This document shows positions 39,861-49,305 of a stretch of DNA of 61,206 bases, piece after piece (within the stretch, counting starts at the first letter, position 1; the number at the start of each line of letters is the position of its first letter). Below the pieces are notes generated by a model. The model made no database searches and was not told where the DNA came from. It saw only the letters and a list, made by a program, of their open reading frames with translations. The DNA comes from a candidate division WOR-3 bacterium. Its GTDB lineage: Bacteria > Hydrothermota > Tepidihabitantia > SM23-42 > JAOAFX01. Both the position numbers and the translations under genes were made by a program. The stretch is from assembly GCA_039802265.1 (NCBI GenBank), contig JBDRWI010000004.1, positions 1-61,206 on the forward strand. The letters run 5' to 3'.

Positions 39861-40562
39861 ATGATAAAAGTTGGCTGCTGTGGTTTCCCGGTCGCAAGAG
39901 AAAGATACTACAAAAATTTTGCTCTTGTTGAAGTACAGTCAACATTCTATGATTTTGTCAATCCTGAAACATTAAAAAAATGGCGCGCTGAGGCACCGAA
40001 GGACTTTGAATTCGTCTTGAAGGCATTCCAGTTCATTACCCATCCTGCAAATTTACCTACATATAAGCGGGCGAAACACATAGAAAATCTTAAGTTGAGA
40101 AACCTCGGCAATTTTCAGCCAACAAAAGATGTATTTAAATGCTTTGAGAGATTAAAAGAATACGCAGAGATCTTAAGGACAAAGGTAATAATCTTCCAAT
40201 CACCACCGGGTTTCAGACCAGAAAAAGAAAATATAAAAAATATGGAAAAATTCTTTGATAAAATTGACCGAAAAGATTTTATCTTTGGCTGGGAGCCAAG
40301 GGGTAAGTGGCAACCAGAGGAAATTAAAAATATCTGCAAGAAACTCGATTTGATTGATATTGTTGACCCATTCTTAAGAGAACCAACCTATGGCAAAATT
40401 TTCTATTATCGTCTGCACGGTGGCAAGGGCTACAAACACAAATTCACCGATGAAGAATTGAAAAGTCTGGCAGAAAAAATTAAAGGAAAAGATGGCTATG
40501 TGATGTTCAACAATATTACAATGTTTGAAGACGGACAGAGGTTTTCAAAGATGGTTGGTTGA
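39861..40562 (+). CDS. DUF72 domain protein
   Basis: VGCCGF, VEVQSTFY, F.LKA.Q.ITH, FQSP, WEPRG, Y.RLHG, YVMFNN. Confidence 0.9.
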   Translation: MIKVGCCGFPVARERYYKNFALVEVQSTFYDFVNPETLKKWRAEAPKDFEFVLKAFQFITHPANLPTYKRAKHIENLKLRNLGNFQPTKDVFKCFERLKEYAEILRTKVIIFQSPPGFRPEKENIKNMEKFFDKIDRKDFIFGWEPRGKWQPEEIKNICKKLDLIDIVDPFLREPTYGKIFYYRLHGGKGYKHKFTDEELKSLAEKIKGKDGYVMFNNITMFEDGQRFSKMVG

Positions 40563-40564
40563 TA

Positions 40565-40921
40565 ATGTTCTGTCCAGTATGTAAGGCCGAATATAGACCG
40601 GGCATAACCCGATGTGCAGATTGTGGTGTGGAATTGGTTGAAAAACTAACCGCGGAGAAGATTGGGCAAACCGGTGAGCAGGATAGAAAAGAAATCAGAT
40701 ACGAGGAAGTCTGGATAAGTTTCAACCCTGCGGAGGTTATGTTTGTAAAATCCCTTTTAGAAGAAAGCGCAATAAAATATTACTTTATTGGAGAAAACTT
40801 TCAAGCAGTCCAGCCACTTGTTGAACCTATAAGACTAATGGTTAGAAAAGACTATGTTGAAAAAGTAAAAGAAATTCTGCGAGATGTTGATTTTACTTCT
40901 CAATCAGAAGAGACAGACTGA
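40565..40921 (+). CDS. DUF2007-like protein with N-terminal zinc ribbon
   Basis: MFCP.C.AEYRPG.T.CADC.V.LV; KSLLE...I.Y; L.V...D.E....IL. Confidence 0.8.
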   Translation: MFCPVCKAEYRPGITRCADCGVELVEKLTAEKIGQTGEQDRKEIRYEEVWISFNPAEVMFVKSLLEESAIKYYFIGENFQAVQPLVEPIRLMVRKDYVEKVKEILRDVDFTSQSEETD

Positions 40922-40987
40922 TTTCTTAGAAATGCACCAGAATACTATTATACAATGTATTCACATTCTTTACCCTGCATAATTCTA

Positions 40988-41015
40988 TTGACTTACTGAT
41001 AATTTTTTTTACAAT
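40988..41015 (+). promoter_or_regulatory. sigma70-type promoter of the DUF763 gene
   Basis: TTGACT-N16-TACAAT ending 9 nt before ATG 41025; no SD. Confidence 0.65.
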
Positions 41016-41024
41016 TTAACCGCA

Positions 41025-42158
41025 ATGCGCACCGGGATTGCTGATTTACCGCTACATTATGGCAAAGCGCCGAGATGGCTCTTTGAGAAGATGGCAAGAC
41101 TCTCAAGGGCAATTATTGAAGTAATTATAGCAGAGTATGGACCTGAAGAATTCCTAAGACGCATTTCCGACCCTTACTGGTTCCAGGCATTCGGCTCAGT
41201 CTTGGGTTTTGATTGGCATTCATCTGGCGTTACTACAACTGTTTGTGGGGCAATGAAAGAAGGGACAAAGGATATTGCCTTTGAACTCGGCTTATTCTTC
41301 TGCGGTGGCAAAGGCGCAACTTCAAGGAAGACACCGAAGGAGATTGAAATAATCGCCGAAAAATTGGGCAGAGACCCGAAGAATTTAATCTATGCCTCAA
41401 AAATATCTGCCAAGATTGATAACACCTGTGTTCAGGATGGATATAATCTTTATCATCATATGTTTATTTTTACAAAGAATTTAGACTGGGCGGTCATCCA
41501 GCAGGGAATGAGTGTAGCACCCCTCACCAATTACCTCTCCCCCAGGGGGCGAGGGGAGATAAATAGAAAACGAACCGCGCGCCGATACCACTGGCTTTCT
41601 CTGAATTTAAATTCCTATGTCTGTGAGCCGCATAATGCAGTCTGCTGTGATATAATCCAGCCCTGCCTCAATATGGTGGCAGAAGAAAGTGAGGAGTCAA
41701 GAAAGGTTGTAACTGAAATCTCAAAGGCAAAGCCCGAAAAGATTTTAAAAGAAACCGAGATGATCTTAAAGATGCCCTCAAGACATCCGGTATTACAAAT
41801 TGATATAAATCCAAAATATTTTTACAAAATACTTTTGAAGACATACGAATCTTCACCAGCGGATTTTGAAAATCTTCTTCAAATAGAAGGCATTGGTCCC
41901 AAGACCTTAAGGGCGCTTGCCTTAATCGGTGAATTGATATATGGTGCAAAGCCTTCTTTCCGCGACCCGGCACGATATTCATTTGCCCATGGTGGTAAGG
42001 ATGGCTATCCCTATCCAGTGGACAAGGAGACCTATAACCATTCCATAAGTTTTCTTGAATTTGCAATAAGGCGTGCCCGACTGGACGAAACCGACCGCCT
42101 GAAGGCTTTACGGAAGATAGCTTTTCTAAATTTTAAATCGGATTATTTACACAAATGA
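41025..42158 (+). CDS. DUF763 domain protein
   Basis: ADLPLHYG.AP.WLF, DP.WFQAFG..LG.DWHSSG.TT, QDGY.LYHH, ARRYHW, HhH-like GIGPKT, SFAHGGKDG.PYPV. Confidence 0.9.
   Translation: MRTGIADLPLHYGKAPRWLFEKMARLSRAIIEVIIAEYGPEEFLRRISDPYWFQAFGSVLGFDWHSSGVTTTVCGAMKEGTKDIAFELGLFFCGGKGATSRKTPKEIEIIAEKLGRDPKNLIYASKISAKIDNTCVQDGYNLYHHMFIFTKNLDWAVIQQGMSVAPLTNYLSPRGRGEINRKRTARRYHWLSLNLNSYVCEPHNAVCCDIIQPCLNMVAEESEESRKVVTEISKAKPEKILKETEMILKMPSRHPVLQIDINPKYFYKILLKTYESSPADFENLLQIEGIGPKTLRALALIGELIYGAKPSFRDPARYSFAHGGKDGYPYPVDKETYNHSISFLEFAIRRARLDETDRLKALRKIAFLNFKSDYLHK
41520..41556 (+). repeat. REP-like palindrome inserted in frame in the DUF763 gene
   Basis: cccctcacc-aatta-cctctcccccagggggcgagggg; same family as 16-54. 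Confidence 0.7.
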
Positions 42159-42249
42159 TTTCGGCAGAAATATATTTACCCAATCAAGTTGCCGGTCTGC
42201 TAATCAGTATTGCACGCTCGTGGTGAAAAATTGAAATTATATAAATCCT

Positions 42250-42957
42250 TTAATACACCCTTGCGACATTTTCGGTCTTTACCCAGCCGCCAAGACCACC
42301 AGGTAGTTGGATGAGATAATAATCATTACGTTCATCGCGAATCTTTACTTCAGTTCCATCATGAATTACAAGGACTTCCTTGTAGTCCTCGGCTGGACCG
42401 CTAAACGCCTGACATTCTCCACAGATAATCACTCCGGAATTAGAATTTCTTTCTCCTTGCCATACCTGAGTGGTGATAAAAAAATAGCCAAAGAATAAAA
42501 GTCCGACAAATGCAATCCAGATAAAAAGTTTGTTTCTTCCGATAATAAATAACGAAAGGAAGATTGCAAAAAAAAGAAAGGATAGGGCAGAATAAACGAA
42601 CGCCTCAGCCATTGAGAAATAGTGAAATAAGGAATTTAATATTTGAGCTATCGGATTGGGTATAGAGGTGATTCTGTCGGCGCGAAAATTTCTTAAAAAA
42701 CTTAAGTTGTAGTTAACATCTCCATCCCGCGGGCACAGAAAATATGCCCGGCGGTACTGAATTAGTGCCTTTCCAATCTTTCCCATTTTAAAATAGGCAT
42801 TGCCTAAGTTGTAATAAATATCTTTATTTTGGCATAAGGAAAGCGCCTTTTCGTAGCATTCAATGGCATTCTGGAAATTCCCCTCAGCATAGTATTTATT
42901 ACCGGCATTGTATAATTCGCATGCCTCATTAAGGACTACAAATATCAAAAGGATCAT
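42250..42957 (-). CDS. batE: TPR + SH3 membrane protein, BatE-like
   Basis: TPR YYNLGNAYFK, two TM helices, SH3 IHDGTEV..GWV; last gene of the bat operon. Confidence 0.8.
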   Translation of the reverse strand: MILLIFVVLNEACELYNAGNKYYAEGNFQNAIECYEKALSLCQNKDIYYNLGNAYFKMGKIGKALIQYRRAYFLCPRDGDVNYNLSFLRNFRADRITSIPNPIAQILNSLFHYFSMAEAFVYSALSFLFFAIFLSLFIIGRNKLFIWIAFVGLLFFGYFFITTQVWQGERNSNSGVIICGECQAFSGPAEDYKEVLVIHDGTEVKIRDERNDYYLIQLPGGLGGWVKTENVARVY

Positions 42958-44780
42958 AGATGCTCCATAATTTTTTTTGTCTTCTCCAAGAGTTCCGCCA
43001 TCGAGATGTCACTCTCCACCCCAGGCGAGTATACTACAGTATCACATCTTGTAATAATCCCGAATAAATCTTCAAGAATTTCAGAACTAAGTCCCCGACT
43101 CAATAGCTCCTGTCTTAATTGTTCAGTCGTCAATGCTCCGGTATCAAGGTTAAATCGGTCGCCGATGTAGTTCATAATTGCCTTTGAGAGGGCACTGTAA
43201 AAATTCTTCTGGTCATTCTTCTTCATATACTCATAAACCTGTTGAAATCTTTTTTTGAATAGTTTACCCGACATAAATTTGCGGGCATAGGCGCGGTCCT
43301 GAGATAATTTTATCTGGTGTCGCTGATAGATAAGTGAAATTACAACAATCAGAATTGAAATCGGATAAAGCAGAAAATAAAATCTTAAAAGGCTGCCGGT
43401 GCCTGATTTGATTGTTTCCTTATCCGGTTTGATATACCTGATATCACTTCCCAGTATCTTTAAACCACCGGCATCGGTTGCGACCGTAGACTGAGGACTT
43501 CCTGAGGCAACGAAACTCACCTTCTCGCTCTTTAATGTCTCATAGGTCTTTTTCTTAGGATTGAAATACGCAAGAAATATTTCGGGAATTAGATGCATGC
43601 CATCTGCCTGGGGGATTAATGGGAACCTGAATTCCTTTGTCCCCTTTATTGTTCCGCTTGATTTATCAAGATTTACCTTTACTTCTGGCTCAAGGACCCT
43701 AAGGTTAGGAATTGAGGGGAGGTTGGGTTTTTCTATCAATTTTATGTTACCGGCACCGCTAATCTTTATAATAAGATTTACCGGTTCACCCTGTCTTGAG
43801 GTATCACGGTCAATCCTGGCACTCATCGTGAAATTACCAACTCCACCACAGAAATTCTCCGGTTTGCCTTCTTCGGGCAGGGGGAGGACATTTATCATAA
43901 CTGGCTTTGAGGTAATGGTTATCCGCTGGGCAGTGCCGAAGAAGTCAAAGAAATCCCGGGGTGGTTTTATTATCGTAGCAACCATTTCCATTGGTTCAAT
44001 TGTAAGATTGCCGGAGGTTATTGGGAATAACGCCACGGTCTTAAGCAGTGAAGCGTAATAGGTCTTGCCCCCATATGTCTTTCTTTGATACCTGAGGCGG
44101 TCTGCATCATAGATTATTTCGGACCAGAATCCACTAAAAGAAGGCAATTTCGTAAGACTGAGGTCATCAAGGTCATACTGGGTATAAAGATAGAACTCCA
44201 CATTTATCTGTTCACCTTGATATACCTCTCTCCGACTGGGAAAGGCAATAAGCATTATTGCATCTTCCAGCTGACCGGTTGCCTTCGGTGGTGTAGCAGT
44301 TGAGGGGGGTGGAGATTGGGTAGCACCTTTTACAACTTCAATCTCAATTGATTGGGTCTCATATGTCTTCCCCTGATAGTCAATCCGACACGGTCCGATT
44401 GTAAATCGTCCAATCTTTTTAGGACTAAGGGTGTATATAAATGTAATGGTCGTCTGCTGGGTCATCTTGCCGTTGATAAAACTTATGCTTGTGGATTGAG
44501 ATGAGGATCGACCCAATACATTGAAATCGGGCAAATCGGGTAATTGGGGCGAAGGAACACCGCTAATATTTTCTCCACTAACTGAAACATTCAATGTAAA
44601 AGTTTCACCCAATCCAACAGTGGTACGATCAACCGAAGCCAAGAAATTCAATTCTGCAGCGAATATTTTTAACGGAATTAATAGAAAAATTAGCAATAAA
44701 CAAATTAATTTTTGAAATTTATAATTTTCGTATTCTTTGAGATTTTGGATTTTGGATTCGGGATTTATTTTCATCCTCAC
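42954..44780 (-). CDS. batD: BatD family protein
   Basis: ASVDR..V..GETF, SQSTSIS.ING, VYQGEQ, F.G.VG.F, I.G.GN, YFNP....Y, DIRYIK, C-terminal TM. Confidence 0.88.
   Translation of the reverse strand: MRMKINPESKIQNLKEYENYKFQKLICLLLIFLLIPLKIFAAELNFLASVDRTTVGLGETFTLNVSVSGENISGVPSPQLPDLPDFNVLGRSSSQSTSISFINGKMTQQTTITFIYTLSPKKIGRFTIGPCRIDYQGKTYETQSIEIEVVKGATQSPPPSTATPPKATGQLEDAIMLIAFPSRREVYQGEQINVEFYLYTQYDLDDLSLTKLPSFSGFWSEIIYDADRLRYQRKTYGGKTYYASLLKTVALFPITSGNLTIEPMEMVATIIKPPRDFFDFFGTAQRITITSKPVMINVLPLPEEGKPENFCGGVGNFTMSARIDRDTSRQGEPVNLIIKISGAGNIKLIEKPNLPSIPNLRVLEPEVKVNLDKSSGTIKGTKEFRFPLIPQADGMHLIPEIFLAYFNPKKKTYETLKSEKVSFVASGSPQSTVATDAGGLKILGSDIRYIKPDKETIKSGTGSLLRFYFLLYPISILIVVISLIYQRHQIKLSQDRAYARKFMSGKLFKKRFQQVYEYMKKNDQKNFYSALSKAIMNYIGDRFNLDTGALTTEQLRQELLSRGLSSEILEDLFGIITRCDTVVYSPGVESDISMAELLEKTKKIMEHL
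44737..44767. repeat. 7-nt-period repeat at the 5' end of batD
   Basis: ttgagat-tttggat-tttggat-tcgggat, encoding NPESKIQNLK. Confidence 0.7.
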
Positions 44781-45439
44781 CAGTCCTTTTCTACTTTTTC
44801 TAATTGTGGCTTCGGCTGTTGTTTTTTCCGTTCTTCCTTTTCTTTATCCTTTAATGCCTCAAGGACACGATTTGCATCAGACTGAGACATCTCGGGTTTT
44901 TGCATCTGTGGTTGTGGCTGTTGTTTTTGTTGCTGCTGTTGCTTCGAAGAATCACTCTGGGGTTGATTTTTTAATTGTTCCTTCAATTTCAAACAAAATT
45001 CCAGATTCTCTTTTGCCTTGATATCTTTATTGTTTAATAACAATGCGGTTTTGTAGGCATTTATTGCTCCATCAATGTCACCCTGTTTGAATTTACAGTT
45101 TCCGATATTGTAAAATGTATTTGCCTGAAATTTTTTATCTTTGGTTAATAAACCAATTTCAAATTCGCTTATCGCCTCAGGATATTTTTCCATTTTGTAT
45201 AGTGCCCTTCCCATATTGTAATGAATTTTTATATTATCGGGTTCAAGAACCTGCGCTTGCTCATAAATCTTTAAGGCATCTTCATATTTTTGCTTTCTCA
45301 TCAGTCCATTCCCTTTGCGCATTAAAGAACCGACATCCCCATAACTCGGTAAAATAAGTTGTATCATTAACAAAAACAGTATGCCTTTGACAAATCCGAA
45401 ATCCGAAATCCGAAATCCGAAATGCAATTTTATATCCAT
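44777..45439 (-). CDS. batC: TPR protein, BatC-like
   Basis: TPRs (YNMGRALYK, YNIGNC.F), Q-rich linker, ends in EKDW. Confidence 0.85.
   Translation of the reverse strand: MDIKLHFGFRISDFGFVKGILFLLMIQLILPSYGDVGSLMRKGNGLMRKQKYEDALKIYEQAQVLEPDNIKIHYNMGRALYKMEKYPEAISEFEIGLLTKDKKFQANTFYNIGNCKFKQGDIDGAINAYKTALLLNNKDIKAKENLEFCLKLKEQLKNQPQSDSSKQQQQQKQQPQPQMQKPEMSQSDANRVLEALKDKEKEERKKQQPKPQLEKVEKDW
45392..45423. repeat. Perfect heptamer tandem repeat (aaatccg)4 at the 5' end of batC
   Basis: aaatccg-aaatccg-aaatccg-aaatccg-aaat, encoding FGFRISDFGF. Confidence 0.85.
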
Positions 45440-46440
45440 CTTCCTCTCCTATCACTCAAAAATACACTTAGAAAAAGCAATCCAAACGCTATCGCTAAGA
45501 AATACTGATACCTCTCTTCAAACTGCACATATTCTCCCCCACCAAATTCTTTTTTCTTTATTGCATTCAATTCGTCAACGAGTCGTTCAATATATGGTCC
45601 TTCGGTCCTGAAGAATCTCCCATTTGCGGAGCGGGCAATCAGAAGCAATAATCTATCGGCAAGTCGAGTCATAACGATATTTCCTTCTCTATCCTTTTTG
45701 TATACCACACCACCAGTTGAACCTTCAGGTATTGGTGCACCTTCAGGGGTGCCGATGCCCACTGTGAATATCCTTATCCCCTGCTCAATCGCCTGTTCAA
45801 TTACCGGCATCGGGTCTCCCTCAAGGTTATCCCCATCAGTAAAAAGGATTAGTGCCTTATGTGTTTCTTCCTTCGGGTTGAATAGCGAAGAAGATACCGC
45901 TATTGCCCTTGCGATATTCGTGCCAGGTCTGGGCATCATTTCCGGCTCAATTATATCAAGGAATAGTTTAGCGGCATCAATATCAGTTGTCAATGGGCAC
46001 ATCACATAACAATCACCGGCAAAGGCAGTGATTCCTACCTGATGGGTTCCAATATTATTAAGCAAATACCTAATATCCTGCTTGGCACGTTCCAATCTTG
46101 ATGGCTCGATATCCTGGGCATACATACTCTTTGAGGCATCAAGGGCAATTACAATGTCAATTCCTTTTCCTTTATAGATCTGCAATTTCTCACCCCATTT
46201 GGGACGGGCAAGGCTGATGATTAAAAATACAATACCCAATAAAAACAGAAGCGACTTTAATAGAAATAACCTGGAATTGAATGTCTCAATCAGAATGGGT
46301 ATCAAATTTTCATCAGCAAAATGTCTTAAGGTCTTCCTTTTGCGGAGATAGAATAGAATCAGAACAATAACCATTATCGGTACCAGGCAAAGTAGATACA
46401 GATATCTCGGTTCAGCCCATTTAATGAGTAGCGTGGACAT
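45430..46440 (-). CDS. batB: VWA domain protein, BatB-like
   Basis: BatA-type N-terminal TM, LARP.WG, DASKSM.A.D..PSRL, CPLT.D, TDGD, ERYQYF. Confidence 0.87.
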   Translation of the reverse strand: MSTLLIKWAEPRYLYLLCLVPIMVIVLILFYLRKRKTLRHFADENLIPILIETFNSRLFLLKSLLFLLGIVFLIISLARPKWGEKLQIYKGKGIDIVIALDASKSMYAQDIEPSRLERAKQDIRYLLNNIGTHQVGITAFAGDCYVMCPLTTDIDAAKLFLDIIEPEMMPRPGTNIARAIAVSSSLFNPKEETHKALILFTDGDNLEGDPMPVIEQAIEQGIRIFTVGIGTPEGAPIPEGSTGGVVYKKDREGNIVMTRLADRLLLLIARSANGRFFRTEGPYIERLVDELNAIKKKEFGGGEYVQFEERYQYFLAIAFGLLFLSVFLSDRRGRWI

Positions 46441-46486
46441 TATGACTCCTTTAATCTCATTTTAATCCTAAAGGCAAAGGCTGGTC

Positions 46487-47461
46487 TCACGGCAATCTCC
46501 GCAAGAGCGTTATTGAAAGAACAAATGCAGCAAAACACAGGATTACTGCAGGCAGTACAAATATCTGCGCCTTTTCTGAGTAGACCGTATATCTTGATAC
46601 CTTGAATGTTGTAGGTTCAAGTTTGTCAATCTCTTCGTAGATGGTCTTCAATGCCTGGGCATCGGTTGCCAAAAATGCCTTTCCTTGGGTTAAGGCAGAT
46701 ATCTCTTCCAGTGTCTTCATATCAAGGTCTACCTCTTCCCGAACATAAACCTTTCCATAGACCGGATGTCTAACTGGAATCGGTACCGGTCCCTTTGAAC
46801 CGACGCCAATACAATATACCTTTATATTATATGCCTGGGCAAGTTTTGCGGCAGTAATTGGGTCAATCTCACCGGCATTATTCAGTCCATCAGTTAACAG
46901 TATCACTATCTTCTCCTTTGCCTTTGAATCTTTCAGTCTCGCCACAGCCGTTGCCAGACCCATACCGATTGCAGTTCCATCCTGTATTATCCCATAATCT
47001 ACTTTATCAAGCAGGTCAAGGAGAATTTTGTGGTCGCTTGTGAGGGGACACTGGGTCATTGAGGTTATTGCAAAAATCACCATACCAATCCGGTCCCCCT
47101 GCCTCTTTGCAATAAATTCCTTTGCCCTCTCCTTTGCTACATAAAGGCGATTCTTTGGAGTGAAGTCCTCTGCCTGCATCGTTCCGGAAATGTCCAGACA
47201 GAGCATAATATCAACCCCTCTGGTCTCGGTCTCTTCATATACCCTGCCCTTCTGGGGTCGTGCAAGTCCCAAGACTACCAGGACAAGAATAAGGGTATTT
47301 AACAAAATGACAAGATACTTGAATATTCTACCACTCTGGTAATTTTTGAAAAAATCTGTATCAGAAAATTTCACTGTTCCGGTCTGTTTCTTCAACTCCC
47401 AGTATATCAATCCGACAACCGGTATGAGTAAAAGAAAATAAATGGGACTGGCAAATATCAT
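46487..47461 (-). CDS. batA: VWA domain protein, BatA-like
   Basis: LARPQ, DISGTM.AED, DRIG.V.FA, GTAIGMGLA, LLTDG.NNAG.IDP. Confidence 0.9.
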   Translation of the reverse strand: MIFASPIYFLLLIPVVGLIYWELKKQTGTVKFSDTDFFKNYQSGRIFKYLVILLNTLILVLVVLGLARPQKGRVYEETETRGVDIMLCLDISGTMQAEDFTPKNRLYVAKERAKEFIAKRQGDRIGMVIFAITSMTQCPLTSDHKILLDLLDKVDYGIIQDGTAIGMGLATAVARLKDSKAKEKIVILLTDGLNNAGEIDPITAAKLAQAYNIKVYCIGVGSKGPVPIPVRHPVYGKVYVREEVDLDMKTLEEISALTQGKAFLATDAQALKTIYEEIDKLEPTTFKVSRYTVYSEKAQIFVLPAVILCFAAFVLSITLLRRLP

Positions 47462-48333
47462 TTAGCCTCTTCAGTCTGCTGGGGAATGGTCTTTAGAATC
47501 AATTCCCGGCTTTTTTTCACAATCTCTTCACTTGCCCCTGGCGGTGGAACAAACTTCGCATATTTTACCAGATCCGCATATTGCAACACATCCTGAAGTT
47601 CAGCGCGTAAAGGAATCTTTAATAACTTCATACTCTGCAAGATTTCAGTAGTAGTCTGCTCAATTGCTGGAAAACTAAATCTCTCTTCAAGGTAACGCTT
47701 GATTATCTCGGTAAGGGTATAATAAAATCTTTTTATCATCCCTTTACTTATGAAGTCTTCTTTTATTAAGGCATCAAGGGAATTGAGTGCCCTTTCCCAG
47801 CAAGGAATCTTCTCCTCTTCAGAGACCTTTTTCTCTCTTAACCTTTTATAAAATCTGGCACCTAAAAATATTAGCGCACCAGCGCCAATTAAAATTACCA
47901 GAAGTATCACTGGTAGGGGATTGGGGAATTCAATCATCTCCTTTATGTCATTTATATCCTTCATTCCTTCAGGACGAACACTCAATATCTTTACATCAAC
48001 CGGGTTGGTTTGAATTGTATCAATTGCAGTACCATCTTTTAAGAGAAACCCAATGGCGGGAAATTTCATCTCTCCGGTATTGAATGCCGATACCTTAAAG
48101 CGATAACTATGTTTCGCAATGCCCTTTTCTTGAATTATTTTATGTTTCTGGTCTATTATTGCGAAGGGCTCAATTGAATCAATGAATGGCTCGGAAATAT
48201 TTTTATTTGCAGGTACGGAAACTTCAACAACTATTTCAAATGGGTCACCAATAGTAAGTTTTTTATTGGCAAATTCCTTTCCAAGTTCCGCCTTCAATTC
48301 AATTTGTAAGAATAGTATAATCAATAGTATCAT
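47458..48333 (-). CDS. Membrane protein of the bat locus
   Basis: IGD...V, DIK, one TM, FY..LT.I..RYLE.RF..A.EQTT.E, ADLVKYAK. Confidence 0.8.
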   Translation of the reverse strand: MILLIILFLQIELKAELGKEFANKKLTIGDPFEIVVEVSVPANKNISEPFIDSIEPFAIIDQKHKIIQEKGIAKHSYRFKVSAFNTGEMKFPAIGFLLKDGTAIDTIQTNPVDVKILSVRPEGMKDINDIKEMIEFPNPLPVILLVILIGAGALIFLGARFYKRLREKKVSEEEKIPCWERALNSLDALIKEDFISKGMIKRFYYTLTEIIKRYLEERFSFPAIEQTTTEILQSMKLLKIPLRAELQDVLQYADLVKYAKFVPPPGASEEIVKKSRELILKTIPQQTEEAK

Positions 48334-48340
48334 AGTTCTA

Positions 48341-48408
48341 ATTTGCCTTTTGCCTTTCTAATGCCTTTTTGCCTTTTACTGCCCTATTTAGCCCTTTCAT
48401 CACCTTTT
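48341..48408. repeat. Degenerate ~9-nt-period intergenic repeat
   Basis: Recurring gcc(c/t)tt units between the DUF58 gene and the next gene. Confidence 0.5.
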
Positions 48409-48409
48409 T

Positions 48410-49303
48410 CTATCTATACCTTCTTGCCCTTTCTTCAAAGAATTTATGTAGTTTCGGCGTAAAGTCTTCATCGGTCTTCAGATTAATGTAATTAACATCC
48501 ATAGATTTGAATAATCGTTCCTGCTCAACCGTAACTTTCCTCCGATATTGCCGATACTGTTCATTCATACGGCTATCAGCGGTATTTACGGTGATGATTT
48601 CACCAGTCTCCAGGTCTTCAAATTCAACAATGCCGATATTTGGCAGGTCGTCTTCTTTCGGGTCCGAGATTTTTATCACCACGAGGTCATGCTTCTTTGC
48701 CGCAATACCGAGGGGAATCCGAATCCTTTCGGTCTCAAAATTCCTGCCTATAAAATCGCTAATGAAGAATACTATTGCCCGATGCCTCAAGATATGCATA
48801 AGGAATTCAATTGCCACAACCGGGTCGGTCCCTTTATGTTCGGGGGTGAAATATAATATATCACGAATCAAACGCAGGACATGAAATCTTCCCTTCTTTG
48901 GTGGTATATACTTTTCTACCCGGTCAGTGAAGAACAAAAGTCCAACTTTGTCATTATTGCGGACCGCCGAAAATGCCAGAGTCGCGGCAATGGTTGCGGC
49001 CTGTTCAATCTTCAACTGATTCTTTGTTCCAAAATGGCTTGAGCCGGATGCATCAACACACAGGATTACCGTCAGTTCCCGTTCCTCCACAAACTTCTTA
49101 ACATAGGGTCTTCCCATGCGGGCAGTAACCTTCCAGTCAATGGAACGAACATCGTCGCCAGGCAGATATTCACGCACATCAACAAATTCAATACCAGTTC
49201 CTTTGAACGATGACTTATATTCACCGGCGAATGTAGTATTTACAAGTTTCTTGGTTCTGATTTCAATCTCGCGAATTTTTCTTATAAACTCCGCAGGAAT
49301 CAT
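48410..49303 (-). CDS. DUF58 domain protein
   Basis: G.EF.DVREY.PGDDVR.IDW.VTAR, EEREL, D.S.S, ND.VGL, ISDF. Confidence 0.93.
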   Translation of the reverse strand: MIPAEFIRKIREIEIRTKKLVNTTFAGEYKSSFKGTGIEFVDVREYLPGDDVRSIDWKVTARMGRPYVKKFVEERELTVILCVDASGSSHFGTKNQLKIEQAATIAATLAFSAVRNNDKVGLLFFTDRVEKYIPPKKGRFHVLRLIRDILYFTPEHKGTDPVVAIEFLMHILRHRAIVFFISDFIGRNFETERIRIPLGIAAKKHDLVVIKISDPKEDDLPNIGIVEFEDLETGEIITVNTADSRMNEQYRQYRRKVTVEQERLFKSMDVNYINLKTDEDFTPKLHKFFEERARRYR

Positions 49304-49305
49304 CT

